Below are positions 1-8,831 of a DNA stretch of 24,419 nucleotides, in pieces. Source of the DNA: a virus (taxonomy: Duplodnaviria; Caudoviricetes); the IMG/VR virus record IMGVR_UViG_3300037440_000195, positions 1-24,419 of that record; one strand, 5' to 3'. Below the pieces are notes generated by a model, which was given only the letters and a program-made list of their open reading frames with translations, had not been told where the DNA came from and ran no database searches. How positions within the stretch are numbered: the first letter of the stretch is position 1; the number at the start of each line of letters is the position of its first letter. The translations under genes were made by a program, and so were the position numbers.

Positions 1-3000
1 GGCGCGACCTCGCCGCCGCCTCCTCCGACACCGCCGCCCATCTTCGTGAAGGGCTCGGAGGCCGCGCTCTCGTTCCTGTCCAACTCCAAGAACCAGCTCC
101 GCAACATCGGCAACGAGACGTGGAGCTCCGCCCGCATCGGCCTCTCCGAGGGCATGGCGAAGGGCGAGTCCATCCCGAAGCTCGCCAAGCGGGTCCAGGA
201 GTCGACCGGGGTGTCTCGCGCACGCGCCACGATGATCGCCCGCACCGAGGTGATCGGCGCGTCGAACGCCGGGTCGATCTTCGCGATGCGCTCCACCAAC
301 GGGCTCGTGACCCGCAAGACGTGGCTCGCCACGTTCGACGGCCGCACCCGCCCCGACCACATGACCGCCAACGGCCAGACGGTGGACCTGGCCGCCAAGT
401 TCACCGTGGGCACCGCCAAGATGGACCACCCCGGAGATCCCTACGGCCCGCCTGAGCAGGTCATCAACTGCCGCTGCTCCATGACGTACGAGGTTACGAT
501 GCCGCCACTTGACCAGTCCGGGTTCACCGCTGCCGCCGTCTCCGAGACCACCGGCATGATTGCCCTTCGGCCCGCCGACGCGGACGAGTTCACCGTCGAC
601 GGGGGAGATCCGGCCGACGAGCTGCACGTCACTGTCACGTTTCTCGGCGAGGTGACCGACGACCTGCACGAGGCAGCCAAGAAGGCAGCTCAGAAGGTAG
701 CCGAGGCTGGGACTCCGATCACGGCCAGGGTCGCGGGCTACGGGGTGCTCGGCGAGGAGGACGCCGTGGTGCTGTTCCTCAACGGCGACGGCTTCGCCGA
801 GATCAAGGCCGCGCTCGACGAGGAGAGCCTCGCCGCGCCGGAACAGTGGGCGCCGTGGATCTGCCACATGACGCTCGGCTACGGCATCGACGTCGCCCTG
901 GGAGAGCAGTTCATGGGCCGCGAGTTCATCATCGACGCCCTGTCCGTCGACGTCGGCGAGTCGCACGAACGGTTTGTACTCGGCAACGGCGCTGTTACCG
1001 TACGGGCAGGAGCCTCACCCGAGGTGTTCCAGGACGACTGCCCCGAGGGGCAGCACAGGATGCCGGACGGTAGCTGTATGCCAGACGAGGACATGGACGG
1101 CCGCCTCGCCAAGTGGCGCGGTGTCATGGTCGTCGAGGACATCCCCACCGGAGACGGCCGCCAGTTCGCCGCCGACGCGCTCACTTGGCCCGACCTGCCG
1201 CTGCCGCTGCAGTGGCAGAAGGAGACCACTCACGGCGGCATGAACGACGTCGTAGTCACCGTGGGCACCATCGAGGCGATCGAGCGCAACGGCAACGAGA
1301 TCGTCGGCGAGGGCCTGATCGACCTAGGCTCGGAGGACGGCCGCGAGGTATACCGCCGCATCGACGAGCTAGGGCTCGGCGGTGTCTCCATCGTGGCGGA
1401 CGACCCGGAGCAGGCTGACGTCGAGTACGTCTACCCGGACGGCTGCGCCGAGATCGATGACAAGACCCCGGACGAGATCGAGGCCGAGGTGCCGCTGGAG
1501 GATCTCGAGAAGTGCTTCATGCCGATCCTGATGATCTTCCACTCAGGTCGGATCCGGGCACTCACCGTCGTGGACACTCCGGCGTTCGTTGAGGCGAAGA
1601 TCGAGATTGTGGAAGAGGCGGAGGTGACCGCTGCTGTGGCACTGCCGGTCGTGCTCACCGTGGGTAACGAGACGTATGAGGTCGGCGAGATTGAGACGCT
1701 GACGGATCTGCCTGCATTCCTGGAGCACCTACTCAACGTCGCATTTACCCCTGTCGCCTCGCACGAGACCGGCACCTCTGACGACCCGTGGGACGCGTCG
1801 GAGAACGAGGGCCGGCTCGGCTCCCCCATGTCGACGTCGACCGGGGAGAAGTTCTACGCCTGGATCGACCGGGACGCCGTGGAGGACGGCGAGATGCCGA
1901 AGTCCGCGGGCAAGTTCCCGCACCACAACGTCAGCACTGACGGCGCGCCTGGAGCCGCGAACCTGGCCGGGTGCCGGGCCGGTATCGGCGCTCTGAATGG
2001 TGCCCGCGGCGGGTCGAGCATCCCGAGCGACGACCGGGAGGGCGTATACAACCACCTCGCCCGACACATCCGCGATGCCGGGGAGGACCCGCCTGAGCTG
2101 CGCGACGCCGACGACCTGGAGGAGGCCGAGGTGGAGATCCCGCAGGAGCTGATCGCTGCCGCGTACACGGTGACGATCCCCGATGTACCGCCGCTGGAGT
2201 GGTACACCGAGCCGACCGAGCTGCCCACCATCGGGGCGATCAAGGTCACCCCAGAGGGCAGGTTCTACGGCCTGCTCGGCCCGAGCGGCGTGGCGCACCG
2301 GGCGTTCAAGAACAAGCGCATTGAGATCCCGAAGGGCAATGTGGACTACTCGCGGTTCATGTCCCGCACCGCGATGGTGACCATGGCCGACAACACGGTC
2401 GAGGAGATCCCAGCCGGGGTGGTCACGATGAACTGCGGCCACGCCAACGCGGTGCCCTCCGTGTCTGCGGACCAGGCGCAGGAGCACTACGACAACTCGT
2501 GCTCGATCGTGGCGACGATCCGCATCGGCGAGAACAGCAAGGGCGTGTGGGTCGCCGGGGCGCTCATGCCCGGCATCGAGGCAACGGACCTGGCCCGCCT
2601 CCTGGGCTGCCAGCTCTCCGGTGACTGGCGGCCGCACCAGGAGAAGCCCGGCATGCGAGAGCTGACCGCTGCTCTCCTGGTCCCGGTTCCGGGATTCGCG
2701 TCGGCCGGGCCAACGGTGCGCATCGAGAACGGCGAGCTTGTCGCCGCGACCGCCCCAGTGCACTTCGAGGGCGAGGTGGAGGTCACAGCCGCGGCAGCGA
2801 CGGCGGTAGACGACGTGAACATCAAGACGTTCTCCACCAAGGACGCCGAGGATGACCAGGCAGACGCAGGCCAGCCGGAAGGGGAGACCGAGACGGAAAC
2901 CACCGTGGAGGTCACTACTGAGACGGAGATCGTCGCCGAGCTGGTTATCGACGACGAGGTACTCGACGACGATGAGACTGCGCTGGACACAGACGCGATC

Positions 3001-3144
3001 CACGACGGCTACGTCGACGACCTGCCGGACTTCGAGGAGGTCCTGCGGGCCAACGACCCGAAGGTGCTGGCTGCCGAGATCGCGGCCGAGCTGCGGAAGG
3101 ACCGGCTCGCTGAGCTGGTCGCGAGTGTGAGGAGCGACGACTGA
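1..3144 (+). CDS. MuF-like head morphogenesis / 2H phosphoesterase / capsid maturation protease fusion protein (5' truncated by window edge)
   Basis: Frame is open from base 1. MuF motifs RATMIARTE, KTWLATxDGRTRPDH and VINCRC; two HxT motifs (LHVT, CHMT); protease-like segment PTGDGRQF...PLPLQWQ...HGG; C-terminal HYDN...GVWVAGAL...LSGDWR block as in actinophage head fusions. Directly upstream of the capsid gene. Confidence 0.85.
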   Translation, partial: GATSPPPPPTPPPIFVKGSEAALSFLSNSKNQLRNIGNETWSSARIGLSEGMAKGESIPKLAKRVQESTGVSRARATMIARTEVIGASNAGSIFAMRSTNGLVTRKTWLATFDGRTRPDHMTANGQTVDLAAKFTVGTAKMDHPGDPYGPPEQVINCRCSMTYEVTMPPLDQSGFTAAAVSETTGMIALRPADADEFTVDGGDPADELHVTVTFLGEVTDDLHEAAKKAAQKVAEAGTPITARVAGYGVLGEEDAVVLFLNGDGFAEIKAALDEESLAAPEQWAPWICHMTLGYGIDVALGEQFMGREFIIDALSVDVGESHERFVLGNGAVTVRAGASPEVFQDDCPEGQHRMPDGSCMPDEDMDGRLAKWRGVMVVEDIPTGDGRQFAADALTWPDLPLPLQWQKETTHGGMNDVVVTVGTIEAIERNGNEIVGEGLIDLGSEDGREVYRRIDELGLGGVSIVADDPEQADVEYVYPDGCAEIDDKTPDEIEAEVPLEDLEKCFMPILMIFHSGRIRALTVVDTPAFVEAKIEIVEEAEVTAAVALPVVLTVGNETYEVGEIETLTDLPAFLEHLLNVAFTPVASHETGTSDDPWDASENEGRLGSPMSTSTGEKFYAWIDRDAVEDGEMPKSAGKFPHHNVSTDGAPGAANLAGCRAGIGALNGARGGSSIPSDDREGVYNHLARHIRDAGEDPPELRDADDLEEAEVEIPQELIAAAYTVTIPDVPPLEWYTEPTELPTIGAIKVTPEGRFYGLLGPSGVAHRAFKNKRIEIPKGNVDYSRFMSRTAMVTMADNTVEEIPAGVVTMNCGHANAVPSVSADQAQEHYDNSCSIVATIRIGENSKGVWVAGALMPGIEATDLARLLGCQLSGDWRPHQEKPGMRELTAALLVPVPGFASAGPTVRIENGELVAATAPVHFEGEVEVTAAAATAVDDVNIKTFSTKDAEDDQADAGQPEGETETETTVEVTTETEIVAELVIDDEVLDDDETALDTDAIHDGYVDDLPDFEEVLRANDPKVLAAEIAAELRKDRLAELVASVRSDD

Positions 3145-3236
3145 TGGACGGGTTCCCGACGTTCTGCGGGTGCGGCAAGAAAACCACGAAGGTCATCACC
3201 ACGAAGCAGGCCCAGGACAGCAAGTCTGGGTCCTGA
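3144..3236 (+). CDS. 30-aa small head-module protein with CGCGKK motif (MDGFPTFCGCGKKTTKVITTKQAQDSKSGS)
   Basis: TGATG stop/start overlap with the upstream gene and GGAG at 3131. Too short for the ORF track. Confidence 0.6.
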   Translation: MDGFPTFCGCGKKTTKVITTKQAQDSKSGS

Positions 3237-3304
3237 CCCGCGGCCGGTTGACAGATCAACGAGAATAGCTAGCGACGACCGCCACGAGGCGAAGAAAGGT
3301 CAAC

Positions 3305-5083
3305 GTGATGGGGCTCCACATCGATTCTCTGCCGGTCGACCCGGCTCAGTTCAAGGCGTACATGAGTGCGCTCGACGACAAGTCCGTGGACCGGCTCAAG
3401 GAAGCCCTGGAGACCCGGTTCAACGAGGTCCACGCCAAGATCGAGGCAGGCGAGGAGCTGCGCGAGATCCCGGACGGCATCGGCTTCCTCACCGGGCTCC
3501 GCGACAAGATCCAGTCCGCCAAGGCGGAGATCAAGGATCGGAAGCACGCCGCGCTCGACGCCGAGGCAAAGGATGCCGCGGAGCGCCAGAAGCAGGTGCT
3601 CGCCAAGCTCAAGGCGTCCGTGGGTAGCGACGACGCCCCGCCGCCCGCTGAGGGTTCGGTCGCCACGCTGGAGGTCACTGAGGACGGCTTCCAGGAGGCG
3701 TTCGCGGGCAAGCTGCTGCAGGCAGTGGACGCCGCGACCACCGCTGCCCTGTCGAACATCAAGGGCATCGACCTGAACCAGCACATCCGCAACATGCCGC
3801 TGTCCGCCGCGGCCGCGCATGCGCCGGACCCGAAGGTCGCGCCCCGCCGCTCGGAGCCGACCCTGGTCGCCACCGCGGACATCCCCGGCGTGACGCAGAA
3901 CAGCCGGATTCCCACCTACGAGGGTCTGATCCAGACCATGCACGCTCGTGCGCGGATGCTGCAGACCACGCGCCTCGGGCAGAAGGCGAATTTCGTGCCG
4001 GTCGCCACGCTGGAGCGCGACTTCCGGTACCGGCTCGCCCTGGACTCCACTCCCGAAGAGGTGAACGAGGTCCTCAAGGCCGCGACGGACGTGCAGACGC
4101 TCGTCGCCGCTGGCGGCTGGTGCTCCCCGAGCGAGATCTCGTACGACTTCTACAACATCGTCGCCGAGGACGGCCTGGTCGACCTGCCTTCCGTGGGGGT
4201 GCTGAACCGCGGTGGCCTGCGCTACCCGACCAGCCCCGCGATCGGGGACATCCTCGGCTCGCTGGCCCTCTGGTCGTGGACCGAGGAGCAGGACGAGGCC
4301 GCGGTCGACTCCGACTCGGAGCTCAAGACGTGCGCCCGGGTGGACTGCCCGACCTTCGAGGAGGTCCGCACCGCCTGCGACGGCCTGTGCGTCACGGTCG
4401 GCAACCTGGTCGACTTCGCCTACCCGGAGCTGGTGCAGAACCACATCCGGCTGATATTCGCGGCCCGCGCCCACCTGACAAACCAGTCGATCCTCGCCGG
4501 GCTGGCCACCTCGTCGACGGCAGTCAACCTGACCGGGCTCGGAGTCCCTGGCGCTGGCGCCGCGGCGTCGATCCTGGCGGCGACCGAGCTGCAGGTGGAG
4601 GACTACCGGGCGCGGTTCCGCATGGCGATGGGCTCGATCCTGGAAGCGGTGTTCCCGCACTGGGCGCTCGGCCTGTTCCGCGCTGACCTGGCGAACCGCA
4701 ACGGCGTCGACCTGCTGTCGGTCTCGAACGGGCAGATCGCGGACTGGCTGAATGAGCGCGGCGTGCGCGCCCAGTTCGTGTACGACTGGCAGTCCGGGTT
4801 CGACACCGACCCGTTCGGCGACCCGGACACGATCGCCACCACGTGGCCGTCGACGATCGACTTCCTGCTCTACGCGCCGGGCACGTTCGTGCGCGGCCAG
4901 GGGCTGCAGCTCGACCTCGGCGTCGTGCGAGACTCGGTGCTGAACGAGCGCAACGACCACACCGCGGCCTGGATGGAGGACTGCTACGCGATCGCCATGG
5001 TCGGCCACGAGTCCCGCCTGGTCACCGCCGACGTGTGTGTCGCGGGCACCACGGGCGCGGCCGAGCTGACCTGCGGTTCGTAA
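3305..5083 (+). CDS. major capsid protein (hexamer type, N-terminal scaffold-like region)
   Basis: 592 aa with a charged helical N-terminus, then LVAAGGWCSPSEISYDF and LDLGVVRDSVLNERND motifs of cluster-B-like capsids. SD GAAAGG at 3294; start is GTG 3305 or ATG 3308. Confidence 0.88.
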   Translation: MMGLHIDSLPVDPAQFKAYMSALDDKSVDRLKEALETRFNEVHAKIEAGEELREIPDGIGFLTGLRDKIQSAKAEIKDRKHAALDAEAKDAAERQKQVLAKLKASVGSDDAPPPAEGSVATLEVTEDGFQEAFAGKLLQAVDAATTAALSNIKGIDLNQHIRNMPLSAAAAHAPDPKVAPRRSEPTLVATADIPGVTQNSRIPTYEGLIQTMHARARMLQTTRLGQKANFVPVATLERDFRYRLALDSTPEEVNEVLKAATDVQTLVAAGGWCSPSEISYDFYNIVAEDGLVDLPSVGVLNRGGLRYPTSPAIGDILGSLALWSWTEEQDEAAVDSDSELKTCARVDCPTFEEVRTACDGLCVTVGNLVDFAYPELVQNHIRLIFAARAHLTNQSILAGLATSSTAVNLTGLGVPGAGAAASILAATELQVEDYRARFRMAMGSILEAVFPHWALGLFRADLANRNGVDLLSVSNGQIADWLNERGVRAQFVYDWQSGFDTDPFGDPDTIATTWPSTIDFLLYAPGTFVRGQGLQLDLGVVRDSVLNERNDHTAAWMEDCYAIAMVGHESRLVTADVCVAGTTGAAELTCGS

Positions 5084-5122
5084 GCGCGTGACGATCGATG
5101 CGACGAGCGGGAGGGGTGAACG

Positions 5123-6064
5123 GTGGCCAACGGTCGGCTGATCTTGACCGACGCGCAGCAGCAGGCGCTGTTCACCCCCGCCCCGTACGGCCTGCTTGAC
5201 ACCGCGACGGAGCTGCCGGAGCTGCCGCCGCACTGGCAGCAGGGCCTGACCTGGGAGCCGATCTGCGCCGAGGGCTTCACGACGTACTCGCGCTGCCTCG
5301 TGGTGGTCGATGCGTCGGACGTGCCGCTCGGCGGCGACGTCACTGAGGAGGAGGGCGGCCCGCCTGAGCCGCCAGCCAAGGAGGCGTCGACGTTCCATCA
5401 GATCCGCGGAGCGACGCCGTTCGCTGCCGGGGTGGAGATCAACTGCTCGCCGCAGGCCGGGCCGGACCGCATCCGCGCCCGCGCTGCCGAGGCTCTTACC
5501 CGCGTCGAGCAGCGCCAGGTCGAGGCGACGTTCTGGACCGGCGTAGCTGCGGGCGAGGCGGTCGTGTGGCCGCACCTGGCCGCTGAGACCGCGCTGGTTG
5601 AGCCCGAGGCTGGCGGGGCGGAGCTCCAGCCCGCCGTGACCGTCCTGTCCGGCAGCACACCGCTGGACATCGTGGCCGCTGTCGGACTCCTGGAGGAGGC
5701 TCTCGGCGACTGCTACGACGGCGTGGGGACGCTGCACGTGCCGCGTCTGCTGGTGCCGTACATGGCGGCGTCGACCCTGGTGACGGCCCGCGCAGGGCTG
5801 CTCAACACTCCGCTGGGGACGAAGGTCGCTGCGGGTCGCGGCTATCCGGGGACGAGCCCGGCCGGGGTGGACTCCGAGGACGTGCGGTGGATCTTCGCCA
5901 CGGGTGAGGTGTTCTACCGGCGCGGCGACATCTGGCAGCCGACGAGTGTCGAGTCGTTCAACCGGGGCAACAACACCGTCCGGGCAATGGCCGAGCGGAC
6001 GTACGTACTTGGCTGGGACTGCTGCCTGTTCGCAGTCCCGGTGCTGATCGAGGAAGGATCGTAG
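5123..6064 (+). CDS. second capsid protein (capsid pentamer-like / minor capsid)
   Basis: 313 aa directly after the capsid gene. PYGLL, HWQQG, WIFATG and N...AERTYVLGWDCC motifs; SD GGAGGGG. Confidence 0.7.
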   Translation: MANGRLILTDAQQQALFTPAPYGLLDTATELPELPPHWQQGLTWEPICAEGFTTYSRCLVVVDASDVPLGGDVTEEEGGPPEPPAKEASTFHQIRGATPFAAGVEINCSPQAGPDRIRARAAEALTRVEQRQVEATFWTGVAAGEAVVWPHLAAETALVEPEAGGAELQPAVTVLSGSTPLDIVAAVGLLEEALGDCYDGVGTLHVPRLLVPYMAASTLVTARAGLLNTPLGTKVAAGRGYPGTSPAGVDSEDVRWIFATGEVFYRRGDIWQPTSVESFNRGNNTVRAMAERTYVLGWDCCLFAVPVLIEEGS

Positions 6065-6068
6065 GCCG

Positions 6069-6731
6069 GTGACTATTTGCGCAACGCCGATCAAGGCGCA
6101 GGTGGCCCGCTTCACGCGGGTCGACGAGTGTGGGGTTCCGATCACGGGTGAGCTGTCGGCGCAGGTCACGACCGACTCGTTCACGCAGATCGAGAACGCC
6201 CCGAACTACGAGGAGGGGCAGCGGTACCTGCTGCGCAAGGCGAACGGTGAGCCGTGCGTGAACCAGCGCGACCCGGGGTTCTTCAACTGGATCGAGCAGA
6301 CGGTGACGCTCTGCACCCTGGACCCGGACCTGATCGCCATGGTCACCGGGGAGCAGCAGATCACGGACTCGGACGAGGCGGTCGGCACCACCATCGGCGA
6401 GGGCCTGCTGACGGCCCGGTTCTCCATCGAGGTGTGGCAGCCCATGGCCGGTGAGGGCGCCTGCGACGAGTCAGGGCTGCAGCAGTACGTATACTGGGCG
6501 TTCCCGAATGTGGGGGACGCGCAGATCCAGGCGTTCACCTTCCAGAACGACGCGTTCACCATCGGGTTCAAGGACATCACGCGCCGCACGTCCCCGCTGT
6601 GGGATCTCGGCGACGCGTGGCTCGCGGACAACCCGACCTCCGGGTGGGACGCGGGCAAGCACTCGGCGTGGGCTGTCTCGACAGTCACGCCTCCTGTCGC
6701 CGCCTGCGGCGCCGTCCTGGTCGGGAGCTGA
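6069..6731 (+). CDS. major tail protein
   Basis: 220 aa, RFTRVDECGVP...KANGEPCV...LCTLDPDL...FSIEVW...YWAFP pattern of actinophage tail tube proteins; position fits. Confidence 0.75.
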   Translation: MTICATPIKAQVARFTRVDECGVPITGELSAQVTTDSFTQIENAPNYEEGQRYLLRKANGEPCVNQRDPGFFNWIEQTVTLCTLDPDLIAMVTGEQQITDSDEAVGTTIGEGLLTARFSIEVWQPMAGEGACDESGLQQYVYWAFPNVGDAQIQAFTFQNDAFTIGFKDITRRTSPLWDLGDAWLADNPTSGWDAGKHSAWAVSTVTPPVAACGAVLVGS

Positions 6732-6737
6732 TAGCCC

Positions 6738-7157
6738 GTGGCAGAGATCGTCTATAACCGGGGCAAGTTCCAGGTCTTCACTCAAGGTGTGCCCTCTACG
6801 GCGGACCTGCGAATGGCCTACTTCGTCGGCACCGAGACCGGGGTCACCGACGATCCGGACCTGAATACGGTCGCAGACGTGGAGGCGGTGGCGGGCGTCA
6901 CCGTCTCCGCCGAACGGCTTCCCCTCACCACCGAGACGATCACTGAGGACGACACGAACAACCGGGCTCAGGCAGGCGCGGACACGGTGTCGTTCGGCGC
7001 AGTGGCGGAGACCGCCGAGGGTGTGATCATCTACTACGAGGGCGGCGGCACTGACGGCACGCGGCTACTCCTCTCAGCCCACTCGACGGGGTTCCCGCAG
7101 CCGGTGAACGGCGGCCTGGACGTGAACATCCCGAACGGGTACCTCCGGGGAACCTGA
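6738..7157 (+). CDS. virion structural protein (hypothetical)
   Basis: 139 aa, tightly packed in the structural operon, beta-rich T/D/G composition. Confidence 0.55.
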   Translation: MAEIVYNRGKFQVFTQGVPSTADLRMAYFVGTETGVTDDPDLNTVADVEAVAGVTVSAERLPLTTETITEDDTNNRAQAGADTVSFGAVAETAEGVIIYYEGGGTDGTRLLLSAHSTGFPQPVNGGLDVNIPNGYLRGT

Positions 7158-7161
7158 GCTG

Positions 7162-8550
7162 ATGGGCGAGGCTCGGGACGCCTACGATGCTGCGACCGTC
7201 GTCGCGGAGCCTGCCTACATCACGTGGGCCGAGGCGGTCTCCGGTGGCTCGGACGGGTCGGGGGCGCTGAGCGCGACCGCGGAGGGCATGGACCCGGCGA
7301 ACAGCGCGGCGGTCAACACGGCGGCGCTCGCGGCGATGCTCACGAAGGCCGGACGCGACCGTAAGATCGTTTTCGACAAGTCCGGTACCTACCAGATCAG
7401 CGACGAGTTCGGGCTCGACAAAGCCGGGCTGACGATCGAGGCCGCCAACTCGATCTTCGTACGGCTTCAGCAGGTCACTGCCAACAAGCACATATTCATG
7501 TTTGAGCCCGACACCACGTACGACTTCCCGATCAACATCGGAACAACCCTGCGCGGGCTGCGCTTGCAGGGTCCTGGCGGAGGTACGACCGGCGTCGGAC
7601 TCTGGTCTGACCCGCTCTCCGGGACCTACCAGGGGGCTCGGCTGACCCTGGAGGACATCCACGTTCACGGGTTCGACATAGGTGCCCGGCTGCACCGGTT
7701 CGACAACCTGTCCGTCCGCGACATCTACTTCCGGGACTGCCGGGTCGGCTGGCACTCCTCCGGGAACGCGAACACGATCCACCTAGAGAACGCCGCCGCG
7801 TCAACCATGTCAGAGTGCGGATTCATCTTCGGCGACGGGTTTGGCGTTACGTTCAAGCCGGGCGACATCATCTCCTCGCCGAAGGCGATCCGCTGCCTGA
7901 ACGGCTCTAACGTCGTGATCATCGGCGGCAACATGGAGTCGATCAGCGGCACCGAGGGCCACATCGACATAGAGTCCGGAGCCAAAGTCGTCGGCATCGG
8001 CAACCGGTTCCTCAAGGGCACCGTGGAGACCCCCGGCTACCGGGTGGCGCTGGCGAACCTCGTCGCGATCGCTCCAACGTTCAACGGTTTCACCACCGCA
8101 CCGATCGTCAAGAAGACCGACGGCGGCGCGGTCACGGTGGTCCTCTCGCCGAGCACGAACCTGTCGGGCACCGACCGGCTGCTAGAGACCCAAGACGGCG
8201 CGACCACGATGCTCGGTCACTCGCCGTTCCCGAACCGGATTGACAACTCGGTCCCGGCCGCGGCCGTCCAGTACCGGGGCCTCGTCCTACACAAGGTGAC
8301 CCGCGACTCGGTGTCCGCCGAGGACGGCCTCTACTGGTACGGCAAGGACCGCAGTAGCGGCGCCGACGTCTACACGCAGCGGGTCCTGACCGGGGTCATC
8401 GAAGGCACCGGCTCCCCCGAAGGCGCCGTCACTGCCCGCGTGGGCCGGATGTACGCGCGCCTCGACGGAGGCACTGACACGTCGCTGTATATCAAGTCCT
8501 CGGGCACCGGCAACACCGGCTGGCGAGCGGTCACGACAGCGGCGCCGTGA
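7162..8550 (+). CDS. right-handed beta-helix (pectate lyase-like) spike / putative polysaccharide depolymerase
   Basis: NTAALAAML...KIVFDKSGTYQI N-cap, G/I/N-rich beta-helix rungs, and C-terminal GTGSPEGAVTARVG...DGG...LYIKSSGTGNTGW motif typical of tailspikes. Confidence 0.75.
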   Translation: MGEARDAYDAATVVAEPAYITWAEAVSGGSDGSGALSATAEGMDPANSAAVNTAALAAMLTKAGRDRKIVFDKSGTYQISDEFGLDKAGLTIEAANSIFVRLQQVTANKHIFMFEPDTTYDFPINIGTTLRGLRLQGPGGGTTGVGLWSDPLSGTYQGARLTLEDIHVHGFDIGARLHRFDNLSVRDIYFRDCRVGWHSSGNANTIHLENAAASTMSECGFIFGDGFGVTFKPGDIISSPKAIRCLNGSNVVIIGGNMESISGTEGHIDIESGAKVVGIGNRFLKGTVETPGYRVALANLVAIAPTFNGFTTAPIVKKTDGGAVTVVLSPSTNLSGTDRLLETQDGATTMLGHSPFPNRIDNSVPAAAVQYRGLVLHKVTRDSVSAEDGLYWYGKDRSSGADVYTQRVLTGVIEGTGSPEGAVTARVGRMYARLDGGTDTSLYIKSSGTGNTGWRAVTTAAP

Positions 8551-8831
8551 TGCTGCCGGTCAAGGCGTGGCGTATCCACTACGCAGACGGGTCGACGTTC
8601 TCATCTGGTGACGGCTCGTGGGCTGAGGCACCGCCGTTCGGGGTGCAGTGCATCGTCTACTACCACGTGCCAGAGGGTGCGACCTTCCAGGAGGTGGGCA
8701 ACGATGTCTCGATCTACGAGTTCGTCGGCCTACCCGAGGGCACCGACGAGCACGCCAAGATGGGATTGTGGACTGACGGCGAATCGTACTGGCGGGTGCA
8801 CGATGCAGCTCACAGGAGCGTGACACCGTGA
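8547..8831 (+). CDS. hypothetical phage protein (WRIHYADGSTF motif)
   Basis: 94 aa with GTGA overlaps at both ends. Confidence 0.65.
   Translation: MMLPVKAWRIHYADGSTFSSGDGSWAEAPPFGVQCIVYYHVPEGATFQEVGNDVSIYEFVGLPEGTDEHAKMGLWTDGESYWRVHDAAHRSVTP

Noticed and set aside
3248-3275. TTGACA promoter upstream of the capsid gene
   Set aside because: Perfect -35 but no convincing -10 at 16-18 bp spacing.
3269-6184. 971-aa minus-strand ORF
   Set aside because: Antisense shadow of the capsid genes in high-GC DNA; no motifs.
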